From Chiloscyllium plagiosum (taxonomy: Eukaryota), in assembly GCF_004010195.1 (NCBI RefSeq), contig NC_057720.1:41616518-41680517 (forward strand): a stretch of DNA of 64,000 nt, read 5' to 3'. The translations under genes were made by a program, and so were the position numbers. The notes beneath the pieces are model-generated. The model had not been told where the DNA came from, ran no database searches, and saw nothing but the letters and a program-made list of their open reading frames with translations. Positions within the stretch are counted from its first letter, which is position 1. Every line of letters begins with the position of its first letter. Below, piece after piece: positions 39,301 to 52,385 of this stretch.

Positions 39301-39744
39301 AAAGGAATCTCTGATTTTATGCTGTACAAATTTGATAGCAAGTGCAGTGTGATGTATTTTAGATTGAAGTTCACTTTTCAGTTTTAATAAATTGCGTGAT
39401 ATTGTGATTCATTTCTTGAATTTGTCATAAAATTAAAGATAGCTATTTGATTGAGAGTGTCTGAAATTTAAATGTAAAGACAGTCTTTCATTATGAATTA
39501 AAAGATTATACTAGTCCATCAGTTTTGAGTGAGGAAGACTCTTAATGTGGAACACCAAACACAAGTAGAAATGGAGAAGGTGATGTCTTTCACAGGAGTT
39601 TGTATCGTGATAACTTATGCAGAAAAAGTGGTTATATGGAAACCATGTTATTCTCATATTCATCGTCATTTTTCTAGAAAATTCTGTTTATAGTTTTTCT
39701 TCCCTTCTCTAATTGGCTAACTGCCTGCTGAGGATATTGATGAA

Positions 39745-40060
39745 ACCTGTGATGTTCTGCATTACTGCAGTTCCCTCTCCGACATGACCATCCTCAGCCC
39801 TCCTCCATTGCCACAGTGAATCAGACCACACATTTGAGAAACAGCATCTCATCTTCTGCCTGGGGAGTCTGCAGTCCCAACAACTCAATATTGAGTTCTC
39901 CAATTTCAAATAACCTCCCTTCCCATCTCCTGACTCCCTTTTCAGCTCCTCCTCCTCCCTTCCCTTTGAAACATTGACTTCTCCACCTGCCTGGCTTGCT
40001 ATATTCTTCCAGCCTCCTGCTTGTCCATTTTGGATTCCAGCATCATCACTACTTTTTAAT
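39745..40060 (+). mobile_element. degenerate Penelope-like fragment
   Basis: EKQHLIFCLGSLQSQQLNIEFSNF resembles the GIY-YIG C-terminus of the 1-740 element. Confidence 0.6.
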
Positions 40061-40340
40061 CTCTAACCCTCTGATACCCAGCAATACGTCCATTTTTGAA
40101 GCTTAGATGTTGAGTGTCAGCATCTGCTTACTAACTCAGCATTGGCCATGATGAAAACATTGTCTGTCTCCATGTATCATTATCTGGAGTGTGTTTATCC
40201 AGTTAGCATTTGAAGGATACCCTTGACCTTAATTTGAAACCTGCACTGACTGAAATACTGTAAATTCCTTTACACGTATCAATTTTTCATTACCTAGCAC
40301 AGTTACTGTTGTAAACTTTGTTGCACTTGGATTCCAACAG

Positions 40341-40566
40341 TATTATTTCTAAACACAAATCTTCACTTTATATAAGCAATGATCAGGATCACGAAGCATC
40401 TGATGAAGATGAATACTTTCCTGGCAAAGAACAATGGAGTGAAAGTAGCAGTGAGAATGAGGAGCAAGAGGATGATGTAAAATTTCGGAAGAAATCAACA
40501 AAAATGTTTGTTCCTAAAACACCAAATACCACAGCAAAGAAGTCTGTTAAAACACCAATCAAAACG
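40341..40566 (+). CDS. ORC1: ORC1 exon 7 (acidic/basic disordered region); acceptor uncertain (40341 or 40377)
   Basis: SDEDEYFPGKEQWSESSSENEEQEDD...KTPNTTAKKSVKTPIKT; GTATGT donor; both AGs are phase-compatible. Confidence 0.8.
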
Positions 40567-41084
40567 GTATGTTTTGACCTGTCTCTTCTTTATGTCTAAA
40601 GAAGCTCTTATTGTCAGTTTTTATATTCCTCGCTGGTTTGCTCTCGTCGTTTATTTTCCCTGTCTCTGTTATCTTTTAAGCTTTCCTTTACTGGATTTAG
40701 AATTTATCCTAGTCTTTAGGGCTATCACTGACTTCTGCCTCATTATGTATGTTTTTTTCCTTCAACTTTAATTTCCTTGGTTAGCTTTGAGTAGTTTATC
40801 TCTTTCTTTAGAATCTTTCTTCCTTATTGGGATGTAAGTTTACTGAAGGTCACCTCTTTCAATGTCTGCTACCACATGCTTCCTGTCATTCCTACTAATC
40901 TGTCTGCCCAACTAATTTTATCCTCACTTCATTGCAATGCCCTTCATTTAAGTTAAACACAGTTGCTTCTGACCCAAGTTTCTCACTTTCGAACTGAGTA
41001 TTAAAATCTATCATGTTATGACCAATGCTTCTTAGGGGATCTTTATCTATTATTCATTGGCTATTACCAGTTCCAAAATTAAGT

Positions 41085-41835
41085 TAGATAAATGTGAGGT
41101 GCTGCATTTTGGCAAAGCAAATCTTAGCAGGGCTTATACACTTAATGGTAACGTCCTCGAGAGTGTTGCTGAACAAAGAGACTTTGGAGTGCAGGTTCAT
41201 AGCTTCTTGACAGTGGAGTCACAGGTAGATAGGATAGTGAAGGTGGTGTTTGGTATGCTTTCCTTTGTTGGTCAGAGTATTGAGTACAGGAGTTGGGAGG
41301 TCATGTTGCGGCTGTACAGGACATTGGTTAGACCACTGTTGGAATATTGCCTGCAGTTCTGGTCTCCTTCCTATTGGAAAGATGTTGTGAAACTCGAAAG
41401 GGTTCAGAAAAGATTTAAAAGGGTGTTGCCAAGGTTAGAGGATTTGAGCTATAGGGGCTGGGACTGTTTTCCTTGGAGCATCGAAGGCTGAGGGGTGACC
41501 TGATAGAGGTTTACAAAATTATGAGGGGCATGGATAGGGTAAATAGACAAACATAGGTTAGAGTGAGAGGGGAAAGATATAAAAGAGACCTAAGGGGCAA
41601 CTTTTTCATGCAGAGGGTGGTACGTATGTTTGAATGAGCTGCCAAAGGAAGTGGTGGAGGCTTGTACAATTGCAACATTTAAGAGGCATGTGGATGGGTA
41701 TATGAATGGGAAGGGTTTGGAGGGGTATGGACCGGGTGCTGGGATGTGGGACTAGATTGGGTTGGGATATCTGGTCGGCATGTACGTGTTGGACCGAAGG
41801 GTCTGTTTCCATGCTGTATATCTCTGTGACTCTGA
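41085..41835 (+). mobile_element. CR1 3' fragment nested in an older minus-strand LINE remnant (about 40.65-43.4 kb)
   Basis: DKCEVLHFG, LEYCLQFWSP and CR1 3' UTR. Confidence 0.9.
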
Positions 41836-43970
41836 GATAGCCTGTTTCCTGGTTGACTCCATGGTACATTGCTCTAGTCAACAATCCCTTATGCACTCTA
41901 TGAATTTGTTGCCATGGCTACCCTTTCCAATTTGATTATCCAATCGGCATGAAGATTAAAGTCACCCATAATTATTGCTGTATTCTTTTTACATGTTCAT
42001 TCTATTTGTTCATTTATACCCTTTCCCACAGACCAGTTACTGTTTGGAGTCTGGACACCACTATCAAAATGGACTCTACATCATTCAGGACTAGATCATC
42101 TTTCATAACTGTCCTCACTTCAACTTATTGTAATGGTGCTACCCCACCAACATTTCCATCCTTCCCATCTTTCTCAAAGCTCAAATATTCTTGAATGTTA
42201 AGTTTCTGGTTTTGATCTCCTGTGTAACCATGTTTCCATAATGGTTATGAGATTATAATCACTAGCTTCTCAAGGGCAACTAGGAAAACTCATTAAACGC
42301 TGGTCCAGCCAATGACACCCACATTCCATGAGTGAATAGCAAAAACTTTTAAGTTTGTCATTAGTTCATTCACGTTATTTAAAATACTTTGAGTGAAGTC
42401 TTAACATTTTTTCTAAAGACATGTAGAATGTGTGTGTTGCTGGCTGGCCAGCATTTATTGCCTGTCATCATAGCTCTTGGAAAAAGTGGTGGTAAGCTGT
42501 TTTCTTAACCACTGCAGATTTCATACTGTAGGTTGATCTACAAAGCAGTGAGTTGTGGAGGGAATGAATGTTTATGGTTGTGGCGCTAATCCTGTATCTC
42601 AATCATTTCTTAATATCATGTGGAGTAGATCAAAATAGCTGAAGACTGGTGTCTGTGATGCTGGGGACCACTGGAGGAGGCCAAGACTGATCATCCACTC
42701 AGCACTTCTGGTTGAAGATTGCTTAGAATGCTTCAATCATACCTTTTGCTTTGATGTGCTGAGCTCTTCCATCATTGAGTATGGGGATATTTGTGGAGCC
42801 TTCACCACAGAGTCTTCTGTTTTTGAATTTACCTACAGTTTAATGCATCCTTGGTACAACACAACATTCCTTTTATTTTCTGGTAACAAGCAACCCAACT
42901 TCTAGACTGCAATCCGATCTTCTCCTTCACCTTTGATTTTCTAATTTTCCAAGCAACTGATCCCCTCCCATCCATACAATTTGCCTGTACTCTGGTTCCA
43001 GTATAATTCAGGTGGAGCATGTCCCGTTGGAATAGCCTACTCTTGCCCCGCTACTAATGCCAATGTCAATCCATTTCTCCCATACCAATCTTTAAGCCAC
43101 ATGTTTACCTCTTTAATCTTGTTGACCCTATGTAGTTACCTCATGACTTGGGTAGTAATTTAAAGATTATTGCTTTTTAAATTTTTTGTTTTTTAATTTA
43201 GCCACTTGCAGATCACATTTATTCAGCAGGACCTCTTTTGCCTATATTGTTGGTATTTACATGGACCATGACAATTGAATCTCTTCCCCACCTGCTCCAA
43301 GTTCCTCTGTAGCCCAGACAAGATATCCTGAACCCAGGTACCAGGCAGGCATAGCCTTTGGGACTGTCTACCTTTGGCATGGAGAACAGTGTCTATTCTA
43401 CTGATAATACAATCCCCAGTTACAACTACATTTTTTTTTTCTCCCCATTCTCATCCACACAGGGAATAATTCAAGTCTTTTGCACTTAACTACAGTTGGC
43501 ATATGAGGCAATTGGCGTTATCAGGTGTGAATGAATGCAATATTATCATAAAAATGTAGAGTTCCTAGGTTGAGTTATTTCTCTTGGGGTTAACACTCAA
43601 TAAACCCAAGTGGTTGTTTTATGTGTATTAGATTCTGCATTTCTATTTTATGCCCACCTGAATAATTAGTTCATAATCTCATCAGGTACATTTAAATGTA
43701 TTTGATAATTTCAAGGAAATGCCGCATAACAAAGTAAATACAGTGAGAGTTTAATGATGATGCATTGTTTACAAAAGGTGACTTTAAAACATTTTTCCTC
43801 TTTACCTCAAATTATTTGAGTATAAGAGGCATTATTGTCTATGTTCTCAATGCAGGAGTTCAAATATTAAATTGTTTGTCAAGTTGGTGACAATGCAGTA
43901 GATTTTTGACAATATCTGTAAAAGTCTTTTAATCAAAGTATGTTTTTTATTTTTTTTAAATTATGTTCAG

Positions 43971-44077
43971 CCTTTGTCACGGTCTCCAAGGACAATCTGC
44001 CATCCAACTCCTAGAATTCCTCTGAGGAGTCAGCTGGCTAAAACACCTGGGAATATATTGGAAGAGGCCAGAGCAAG
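43971..44077 (+). CDS. ORC1: ORC1 exon 8
   Basis: PLSRSPRTICHPTPRIPLRSQLAKTPGNILEEARA; CAG acceptor, GT donor. Confidence 0.94.
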
Positions 44078-44649
44078 GTACTAAATACAAATATATTTGC
44101 TGAAGCACACTGGGTTAAGATCTGCTCAAAAATAGAATTTGGTAAAGTTTAAATAGTTGAGAACCTTAAAAATGAGCTGACAATTATACTTTTATTATCA
44201 GTTAACTACATTCAGAAGAATAAGTGTACACAGTTTTATTATGACTACTAAAGGCTTAGCATAATGTACCTTCTTATTGGTAATTTAAAGTCTTCCTATA
44301 ACTGTTGAGTTTTTAACACAATATTATATTGTTTACATAATTTCATATATTTTAAATAATTTTGAGGAAATTGTGTTATCAAGGAGTTAAAAAGACTTAT
44401 TAACAGTCTTGGTTGTAAAAAAAATGGAAATTGCTAGACTTGTATTGTTGGGATTTTTTTCCCAGAAACTGAATTTAATGTTCTGTATTATTTAGGTAAG
44501 TGGAGAGAGGATTAGTTTATTAAAATAATCAAGTTATTCTAGCGTAATGAAGGAAAAAATGGCTAGCCAGTTTCAAACCCTTGATTTATTTTTTGTGTTG
44601 ACTCCTTATGAGCATAGTTTTGTGAAGTGCGATTCCTAAGTTTCTCTGA

Positions 44650-44820
<171 letters not shown>

Positions 44821-46236
44821 TGATGCATTATGTTCACGAAATGGTTGCCTTCCTTTTTTGGCGATGCATTTTGAATATTTTACTCATTTAAAGATCGATA
44901 GAAAAGAGGATGACTGCCCTTCTCGGAGGAACTTTACTGGGTGAGAGACCAAATTGGAATAAATCTGTGCTTTTTTTGCAGACCAACTTGCTGTCTTTTG
45001 AAAATGGTTGGGAAGGAACTGTTTTCAGTTATGTACACTGAAAAGAAAGACAACCCAGAATAGAAAATTTGAAAAGGATTATTGGAAAAACCTAAAGAAT
45101 AAATAAAGGTGGTTACTGAATAGAAACCTAGAAATTAGGAGCAGGAGTAGGCCATTCAGAACTTCAGGCTAGCTGTATTATTCACTATGATCATGGCCTA
45201 TATTCTATCTCAATGCCATTTTCCTGCTTTCTTCACATATCCCTAATGCCTTTAAAATCTAGAAAGATTATCTGTATCCTATTCTTAAATATGTTCAATT
45301 ACTTGCCCTCCACTGTTTTTTGTAGTAGAGAATTATGTAGGTTCACTACTCTTTGAAGAATTTTTTTTCATCATGGCACTGCTAAATGGCCTACCTGGTA
45401 TTCTGGGGCTGTGACTCCTGATTTTGGATGGTAATCAATATGAAGTTTCTTCAGTAAACTCTAATGGTTACATGCCAGTTTTTTAAACCATGATATTGTT
45501 TGAGTGCAACCAATCTGAAGATGCAGATTGCCATGTGTTCATGGCTGAAAAAAATAAATGTAATCTGAATTTGGCGTTGTAATGATGTCAAAGTCATCTG
45601 TGTTTGCTGTCATTATTTGCTCACTCTTACACAGAGCGCATTGTTGAATCCTCAACAATAGAAATCACTTAATTGACAAGAACCTCCATTTTCACACAAA
45701 TAATCTGTCTGTAAAATGAAGTCATTGGAAAGGCTTTGCCTTATTGATGGGGATGTAACTGTTATTAAGGCACACTAAGTTCATAATTACTGTTAAGCAG
45801 CCTCTGTGACCCAGAGGACCTAATTATTGTATATGTGACATGTCTTTTTTTCAATGTTTTGAGAAAAACAGACATTTAACATTTCAGCTTACACTTTGAT
45901 ATTTTGTGTATATACCCATCCTAATTTTTCTGTAAAATAATTACTGCCCTTCACTTTTTAAATCTTTTTTTACATCCTGGATTGCAGTTTGAGAATTCTT
46001 CAGTGTGACAGATTTATTGCTTAGTGTTCTTAATGACATAATTGTTGCCTGGAGATGATCTCAAACTGACAACGAATGTAAGTAATCTTGGGAATGGAGA
46101 AGTCCATACAACTGACAATTATATCTTTTATATTTTCATGGTTAGTGATGAATGATGTCAAATTCATCAGTGACTGCAGAATCAAGACCAATGAGGTTTT
46201 AATTTTTGTACTGAAATAAAGTCTTGTTTTTCACAG

Positions 46237-46408
46237 ATGTATGTATATTTCTGGGGTGCCAGGGACAGGAAAAACTGCAACAGTGCATGAGGTGATGCGA
46301 TGTCTGCAATATGCAGCAAAAGAGGATGACCTTCCATCCTTCCAATTTATAGAAATCAATGGCATGAAGCTTACGGACCCTCATCAATCTTATGTCCAGA
46401 TATTGCAG
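46237..46408 (+). CDS. ORC1: ORC1 exon 10 (AAA+ Walker A)
   Basis: [19 protein letters not shown]...[19 protein letters not shown]. Confidence 0.98.
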
Positions 46409-47135
46409 GTATAAATCTAATTTTGAAATCACAATGCAATCTGTGCTGTAGAGTTTACAATATTATTTAGTTTATTATCCCCAAAGGAAGAAGGAACTTA
46501 AATTTATATATTGAGTTGTATTCCAAACAGTGCCTTGCAGGGAAAAAAAAATTGTTAGGTGTATGAAAAACAAGGCTCCATGGAAATGTATCAGGTAACT
46601 GTTTTGGTTATCAGATGTATGTTGACCAGGAACTGAGGTATGAATATGCTCCTCAGTACATAATTTCCTGAAAAAAAATACTATCCGTTTAGCTCAGTTG
46701 TTAGTATTTTACACTTGCGTCTGGTTGTGTATTTTGACGACACTTACACTTCAACGCAATCACATTTGAGTGCAGTATTAGATGTCAGCATGTCATTCTT
46801 CAGGTGGAATATTAATCCAAAAACATGTCTGCTCGATAGGAATTCCGCCTTAAATACTTTAGGTGGAGAGCTGTCTGCTGTCCAAGTCACCATTCTTCTT
46901 TCAGTCAGCATCAGAAAAACTGATGAAACCCCAGTCTTACATTTTCTCTTGGAATTTTCCTGTGCTAGGAATGGCCACAATATTTGATGCAAGTGTTAAA
47001 GTGCAAAATGTAATCCGTTGCAACTGATCTGCTATGTTCATTTGAGTGATAAAAGAAACATTGTTTATGGCAGTTATCTTTCTCATTATAATGCAGGAGT
47101 GTTGTGAATTTTAAAAAAAAGTTTCTGCTTCTTAG

Positions 47136-47243
47136 TTATTGACAGGACAAAAAGCCACTGCAGACCATGCTGCTGCATTGCTTGAAAAGCAATTTGGTGC
47201 ACCAGCACCAAAGAGAGAGACCACAGTGTTGTTGGTGGATGAG
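47136..47243 (+). CDS. ORC1: ORC1 exon 11 (Walker B)
   Basis: [20 protein letters not shown]...TTVLLVDE. Confidence 0.98.
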
Positions 47244-48717
47244 GTAAGGATTTAGCATATAAATTTATAGTATTGCATAGTAAAAGTTTGAATTGTCTTC
47301 TCTAGTACCACAGGCAGTTTCTGAGTTACAATTAGATTCTGTTCTTGAGTATCATTAAGTCAGTTGTGTGCTAGTCACAATACTATTCAGTATAATATAA
47401 AATAGCCGTTCGAAAGTGTACGAGCAAATGTTCACATATTGAGTTTTTGAAGTGAATATTAATACATCCTTCGATGAGTTCTTGTTCACAATGATGAGCA
47501 TTCATAAGTTGGATGTTCATAGATCAGGGACTTCATGTACGTAAAATTGCTGGTGACATTTGCTGTTTAATAACAGTTAAAACCTGACATGTGCAATGCC
47601 ATTAAAGTTTTATGTCCAGTATTTTAGATTGACTTTTTCCATAACAAAGATGTTTTTCTCACCAGATAATGCTTCATTGATTCACATCAGTTTTTACAGT
47701 TTGCTATTTAATGCTTATCATAGTCTTTTGCACCCCCATTTTAAATAGTATTTGAAAATTATGAACAGAAATGCAAATTTTAATTTTGTTTAGGAAACTT
47801 GAAAATGATATAAGGTCGTAACAGATTAGTTAAACTTCATCAGCATATAGCAATGATGTAAGTCACTGTCTTCGAACCCCAAAATGATCATTCTGTGTCT
47901 ACTGTAATATTTGTAATCTTGGTATTCTATTTGATTCTGAGATGAGTTTCCTACCACACATCCACATCATCATTCCTACCTCCTATGGGTGATCTTATGT
48001 GGTCCTAAATCCTTCATCCGCAACTTTAATTATAGACTTACCTGGGCCTCTGTGGTGTTAATTGTATATTAATTGAGTATTGAATGAATTCAGGTGGCAG
48101 GCAATACCTGGGAATCCATTTATTTTTCAGTAGTTGTACCTCAGTCTCTCTAAGTCTCATTCCTCCAATAAGATACTTTTTAAAAGCACCAGGTGACTCG
48201 AGCCTTTTAGGTGGATCAGAGTCAAAAGTGGTTTGATGGTTGTAAAGTACCAATCTTTTATTAGTTGATGTTTCGTCTTATAAAAAAGCAATGATACATA
48301 ACACACTACTGTAAACCGAACTGCAGCAATTTGTCAAGCTTGCTTTAATGATATGACCTTCCCTGTCACCTCAAACAGTAAGATTTATGAGAACAAGAAG
48401 ATTCTGGAAACAGCATTGTCTCCTCGATATTATATGTCTACCTGTACATGGCTGTCCCTTTGTTGCTAGATCAAATATGCTGCAAATATTTACCTAAAAC
48501 CATTCGGAGATTAGTCAAGAAAATGACATACATTAACAGCCACCATATGAACTGGAATGATAAATGTGCTATCTTCCACAACGTGATTTTCCTGGAAACA
48601 TTTTTTTAAAATGCTGCTTGCATTGTTGCATGATCTTGTGAAATTATAATTAAATCAAACTAAGCAAACCTTTGAATTCACTCCTTAACTTCAGTTTTCA
48701 ACATGTATTACGCTTAG

Positions 48718-48867
48718 CTTGATCTCCTGTGGACACGGAAACAGGATGTAATGTATAACCTGTTTGATTGGCCCACACGAAAGCAGGCAAAATTGGTGGT
48801 TGTGGCAGTAGCCAACACGATGGATTTGCCAGAGAGGATTATGATGAACCGGGTGGCAAGCAGACTG
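48718..48867 (+). CDS. ORC1: ORC1 exon 12
   Basis: [19 protein letters not shown]...[19 protein letters not shown]. Confidence 0.98.
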
Positions 48868-49098
48868 GTGAGCATTATCTATTCCAGAAATAATTGCTAT
48901 TTGATTTTCTAGTAAACTGTGCAACCGTTAAAGATACTTGATGTGAAATTCCACTGTAAAGTTGCCTCTTGTTTGTGTTGTTTATCTTTTTAAATACAAA
49001 TGGTGCATGTGTTTTGCTTAATTGTTGGCATTGTAGTGTTGTGTTGTATAGCTGTAAAAGTCAGAAACTTAATAGATTGTTCATTTCTTTCAAAATAG

Positions 49099-49218
49099 GG
49101 ACTGACCAGAATGTCCTTCCAACCGTATACTTTCAAACAGTTGCAGCAAATCACTTGCTCAAGACTGAACCGATTAAAGGCTTTTGAAGATGATGCTATT
49201 CAGCTAGTAGCCAGAAAA
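49099..49218 (+). CDS. ORC1: ORC1 exon 13
   Basis: [18 protein letters not shown]...[13 protein letters not shown]. Confidence 0.98.
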
Positions 49219-49421
49219 GTGAGTACAGTTGAATAAAGCTGACAGTTGATCAATTGAAGATGATTTGTTTTTAAAACAAAAACTTTTATCAAGAGAAACA
49301 GCAGACTTGCAGATAGAATATTGCGGGAAGGAAAATAGCACACCTTTTTCATCTGAGCAATGGAATTGGATATCAACCACTTATGTATATAAATATGAGG
49401 CTACTCTTTTGTACCATGCAG

Positions 49422-49591
49422 GTAGCAGCTCTGTCTGGTGATGCAAGGCGTGCTCTCGACATTTGCAGGAGAGCTGCTGAAATATGTCAATATTCAGAAG
49501 CTCAGAAAACTACATCCAAACTTGTAGGAATGCCTCATGTGGTACAGGCTCTTGATGAAATGTTTTCCTCACCATACATTACTGCTATAAG
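49422..49591 (+). CDS. ORC1: ORC1 exon 14
   Basis: [22 protein letters not shown]...[11 protein letters not shown]. Confidence 0.98.
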
Positions 49592-51072
49592 GTACATAAT
49601 TAAATGCTATGTTGACATGACTTGATTGAGATTATTTACTTTAGAAAAGTACATTTTACTATACAGTGTTCCTTCGGTGATTTCCAGTTTGAATTTGGTG
49701 AAATGTTTCATGTGTCTGTTGAATTGTTGTTGGTGCTCAACTTGTGTTCTCCCATTTTCTCCTCTTCTCTCTTGATAAGATTTTTAGAGCATTGTATTAA
49801 TGGGCTTGTCACCTCCAGTGAATTAGGATTGGTTCTTTGATGGCCAAGAATCCCCTTCATATCCTTGTGCTTTTTCCTGTTATGCGTGTGGCCTATTGGT
49901 CTATCCTCTAAGGCCCTATTACCGCTGCAAAGAAACTCTGAAAAAGAAGTTGTTTTAGGGAGAAGCACTGGAAATACCAGTCAATTGTGTCAGGAAGCAA
50001 GTGTGCCTCAACAAGAAATCTTAAATCTTGCCAAATATTATTTTTGTGTACTTAATTGATTCAACTGACAAGAAATACTGTCCAACTGCTGAAATCCTCA
50101 GTTGTGCTATTGCTTTTTCAGATTTAACAATTATGGCGCTCTTTTGGCTGGTCTTCCATTTTCCTTCAGACAATTTAGGTTTTGCTGGTTCATAAAGCAC
50201 TTAATGTCCATTTCTAATTGCACTTGAGAAGGTATTGGTGCCTTCTTGAAATGTTGCAGTTCATGTTGTAAGTATACTGCAGAGCAGTCAGAGAAGAAGT
50301 TCCAGGATTTTAACCCATAGGCAGTGAAGGACAATATATTTCTAAGTCAAGGATAATTTATGGCTTGGGGGTGATGTTATCATACATCTGTTGCTCTTGT
50401 CCTGGAGAAGTTGCAGATTTGGAAGATGTTGTCGAAAGAGATTCAGTGATGGTGGTTCCATTGAATGTCAAAGGGCAACTGTCAAATTTTCTCTTATTGG
50501 ATTTGGCCATTTCCTGACACTTTTGTGGTGTGAGTGTGACTTGCCACTTATCAGCTTAAGCCTGAATGCCATCCAAATCTTGTTGCATTTGGACCAGGAG
50601 TGCTTCAGTGTATGAAGCCGTGAATAGTGCTGAACATTCTGCAATCACCAATGAATATTGCCATATCTGACCTTTAGGGTGGAAGGAAAGTTATTGACGA
50701 AGGTTGTTAAGCCTCGAACTACATTGAGGAACTCATGCAGTGATACCCTGTGCCTGAGATGATTGAACTCCAATGTGCCAATCCTCCGATGTGCTAGGTT
50801 TAACTGCTTCTGCTGGACAGTTTGTCCTTTGAGTCCCGTCGGTTTCTGATGTGCACGGGCTCCATAATTCCTCTATATCGAGGCAAGTAGCCCTCGCTTT
50901 TCCTCAAGTTCAGTTCCTCTGTCCATATTTAGTTTTGAGATAGTAATTAGGTCAGGAGTTGAGTGACCCTAGTAGACACCCTACTGAGCATCATTGAGCA
51001 GCTTGTCGCTTAGTAAGTGCCTGTTGATAGACTGGCTGGCATAAATAATGCTGGAGGTCTTAGGAGGGCAAG

Positions 51073-51716
51073 TGTGGTGAAAGGGTTAAAATTGTGTCCC
51101 AATACATGTGTGAATCTAACCGAAAATGGAAGGTGTCGCTTAGTCCCGTGTGAATCTTATTACACACCTTCCCGTGTGAATCTTCTTATCTGTATGTGAC
51201 CAGAATGGAATGTGTTTTTCAGCCTTGCTCTGCTGTTCACATGAATGTTTAGATCTCGAAAAGAGTATATCAGCTGGAAAAGTCTCCAGTTCGGTAGAGT
51301 CTGCTCCGGGTCTGGTTTATACTCACTCTACGTGTTACCGGAACTGGGAGCCGTCAGTTCTCTTAGAGCGGTTGCCAACAACCCACGCTCAGCGGTTAAA
51401 CGCAACCCCGGAGCAGACTCTACCGAACTGGAGACTTTTCCAGCTGATATACTCTTTTCGAGATCTAAACATTCATGTGAACAGCAGAGCAAGGCTGAAA
51501 AACACATTCCATTCTGGTCACATACAGATAAGAAGATTCACACGGGAAGGTGTGTAATAAGATTCACACGGGACTAAGCGACACCTTCCATTTTCGGTTA
51601 GATTCACACATGTATTGGGACACAATTTTAACCCTTTCACCACATTCCACTGCTTGGCCCAATACATGTGTTACATTATGATTCACACATGTATTGGGAC
51701 ATAATTTTACACCACA
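51073..51716. mobile_element. unclassified 644-bp TG...CA palindromic element with 5-bp TSD
   Basis: GCAAG at 51068-51072 and 51717-51721; termini TGTGGTG / CACCACA; perfect 238-bp inverted repeat 51073-51310 / 51407-51644. Confidence 0.85.
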
Positions 51717-51764
51717 GCAAGATAGGTCATCCACTTGGTATTTAGTCATAGTTATACAGAATGA

Positions 51765-51995
51765 AGCTTTTCCCTCTAAACCACCTGCTTCTTTTCTTAA
51801 AAATGTGTCCCACTTGTTAATTGACCCCTCTGCTAAGAGGAAAGATTTCTCCTTGTCATTCTTGTCTATGCCCCTCAGAACTTTGTACACCTCGATCAGG
51901 TAGCCCCCTTAGCCTTCTCTCCTAGAAGGAAAACAACCCCAGCCTACCTAATTTGTCTTCATAGCCAAATAAGTCCTCATAGGCAACATCCTGGT
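51765..51995 (-). mobile_element. CR1 3' coding remnant
   Basis: Minus frame reads LIEVYKVLRGIDK. Confidence 0.7.
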
Positions 51996-52297
51996 GAAAA
52001 AAAACTGAAAGATCTATGATTTTGGAAATCAAAATCACAAACAGAATTTGCTGGAAAAACTCAAAGTTTTCAGGGTGAAAGTCTCATCTTCCACCTTCTG
52101 TAAGGTTGAGCTCATCCCATATGTTGCTGTGATATTAGTATTGTGCATACCTGTGCTTCAGGTCTACCCACCTGTCCCAATTTAACAATGTTATTAGTTC
52201 TTTGGGATAAGAATATAATTGATCAGTTATAATTTGAAAGTTTCAAGTGACTGAAATTGCAGGTTATGTTGCCAATAACTTCCTTTCTGTGCTACAG

Positions 52298-52385
52298 AAA
52301 TGCATCTGCCCAGGAACAAATTTTTATGAGAGCTGTGCTTGCTGAATTCCAACGACTTGGTCTAGAAGAAGCAACATTTCAGCAG
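52298..52385 (+). CDS. ORC1: ORC1 exon 15 (winged helix)
   Basis: NASAQEQIFMRAVLAEFQRLGLEEATFQQ. Confidence 0.97.

Noticed and set aside
51074-51644. piggyBac-like TTAA-CCCTT motif
   Set aside because: The motif points outward and is internal to the GCAAG-delimited ends, so it does not define the element.
51017-51903. ORFs overlapping the palindromic element
   Set aside because: Short, no recognisable domain, and explained by the inverted repeat.
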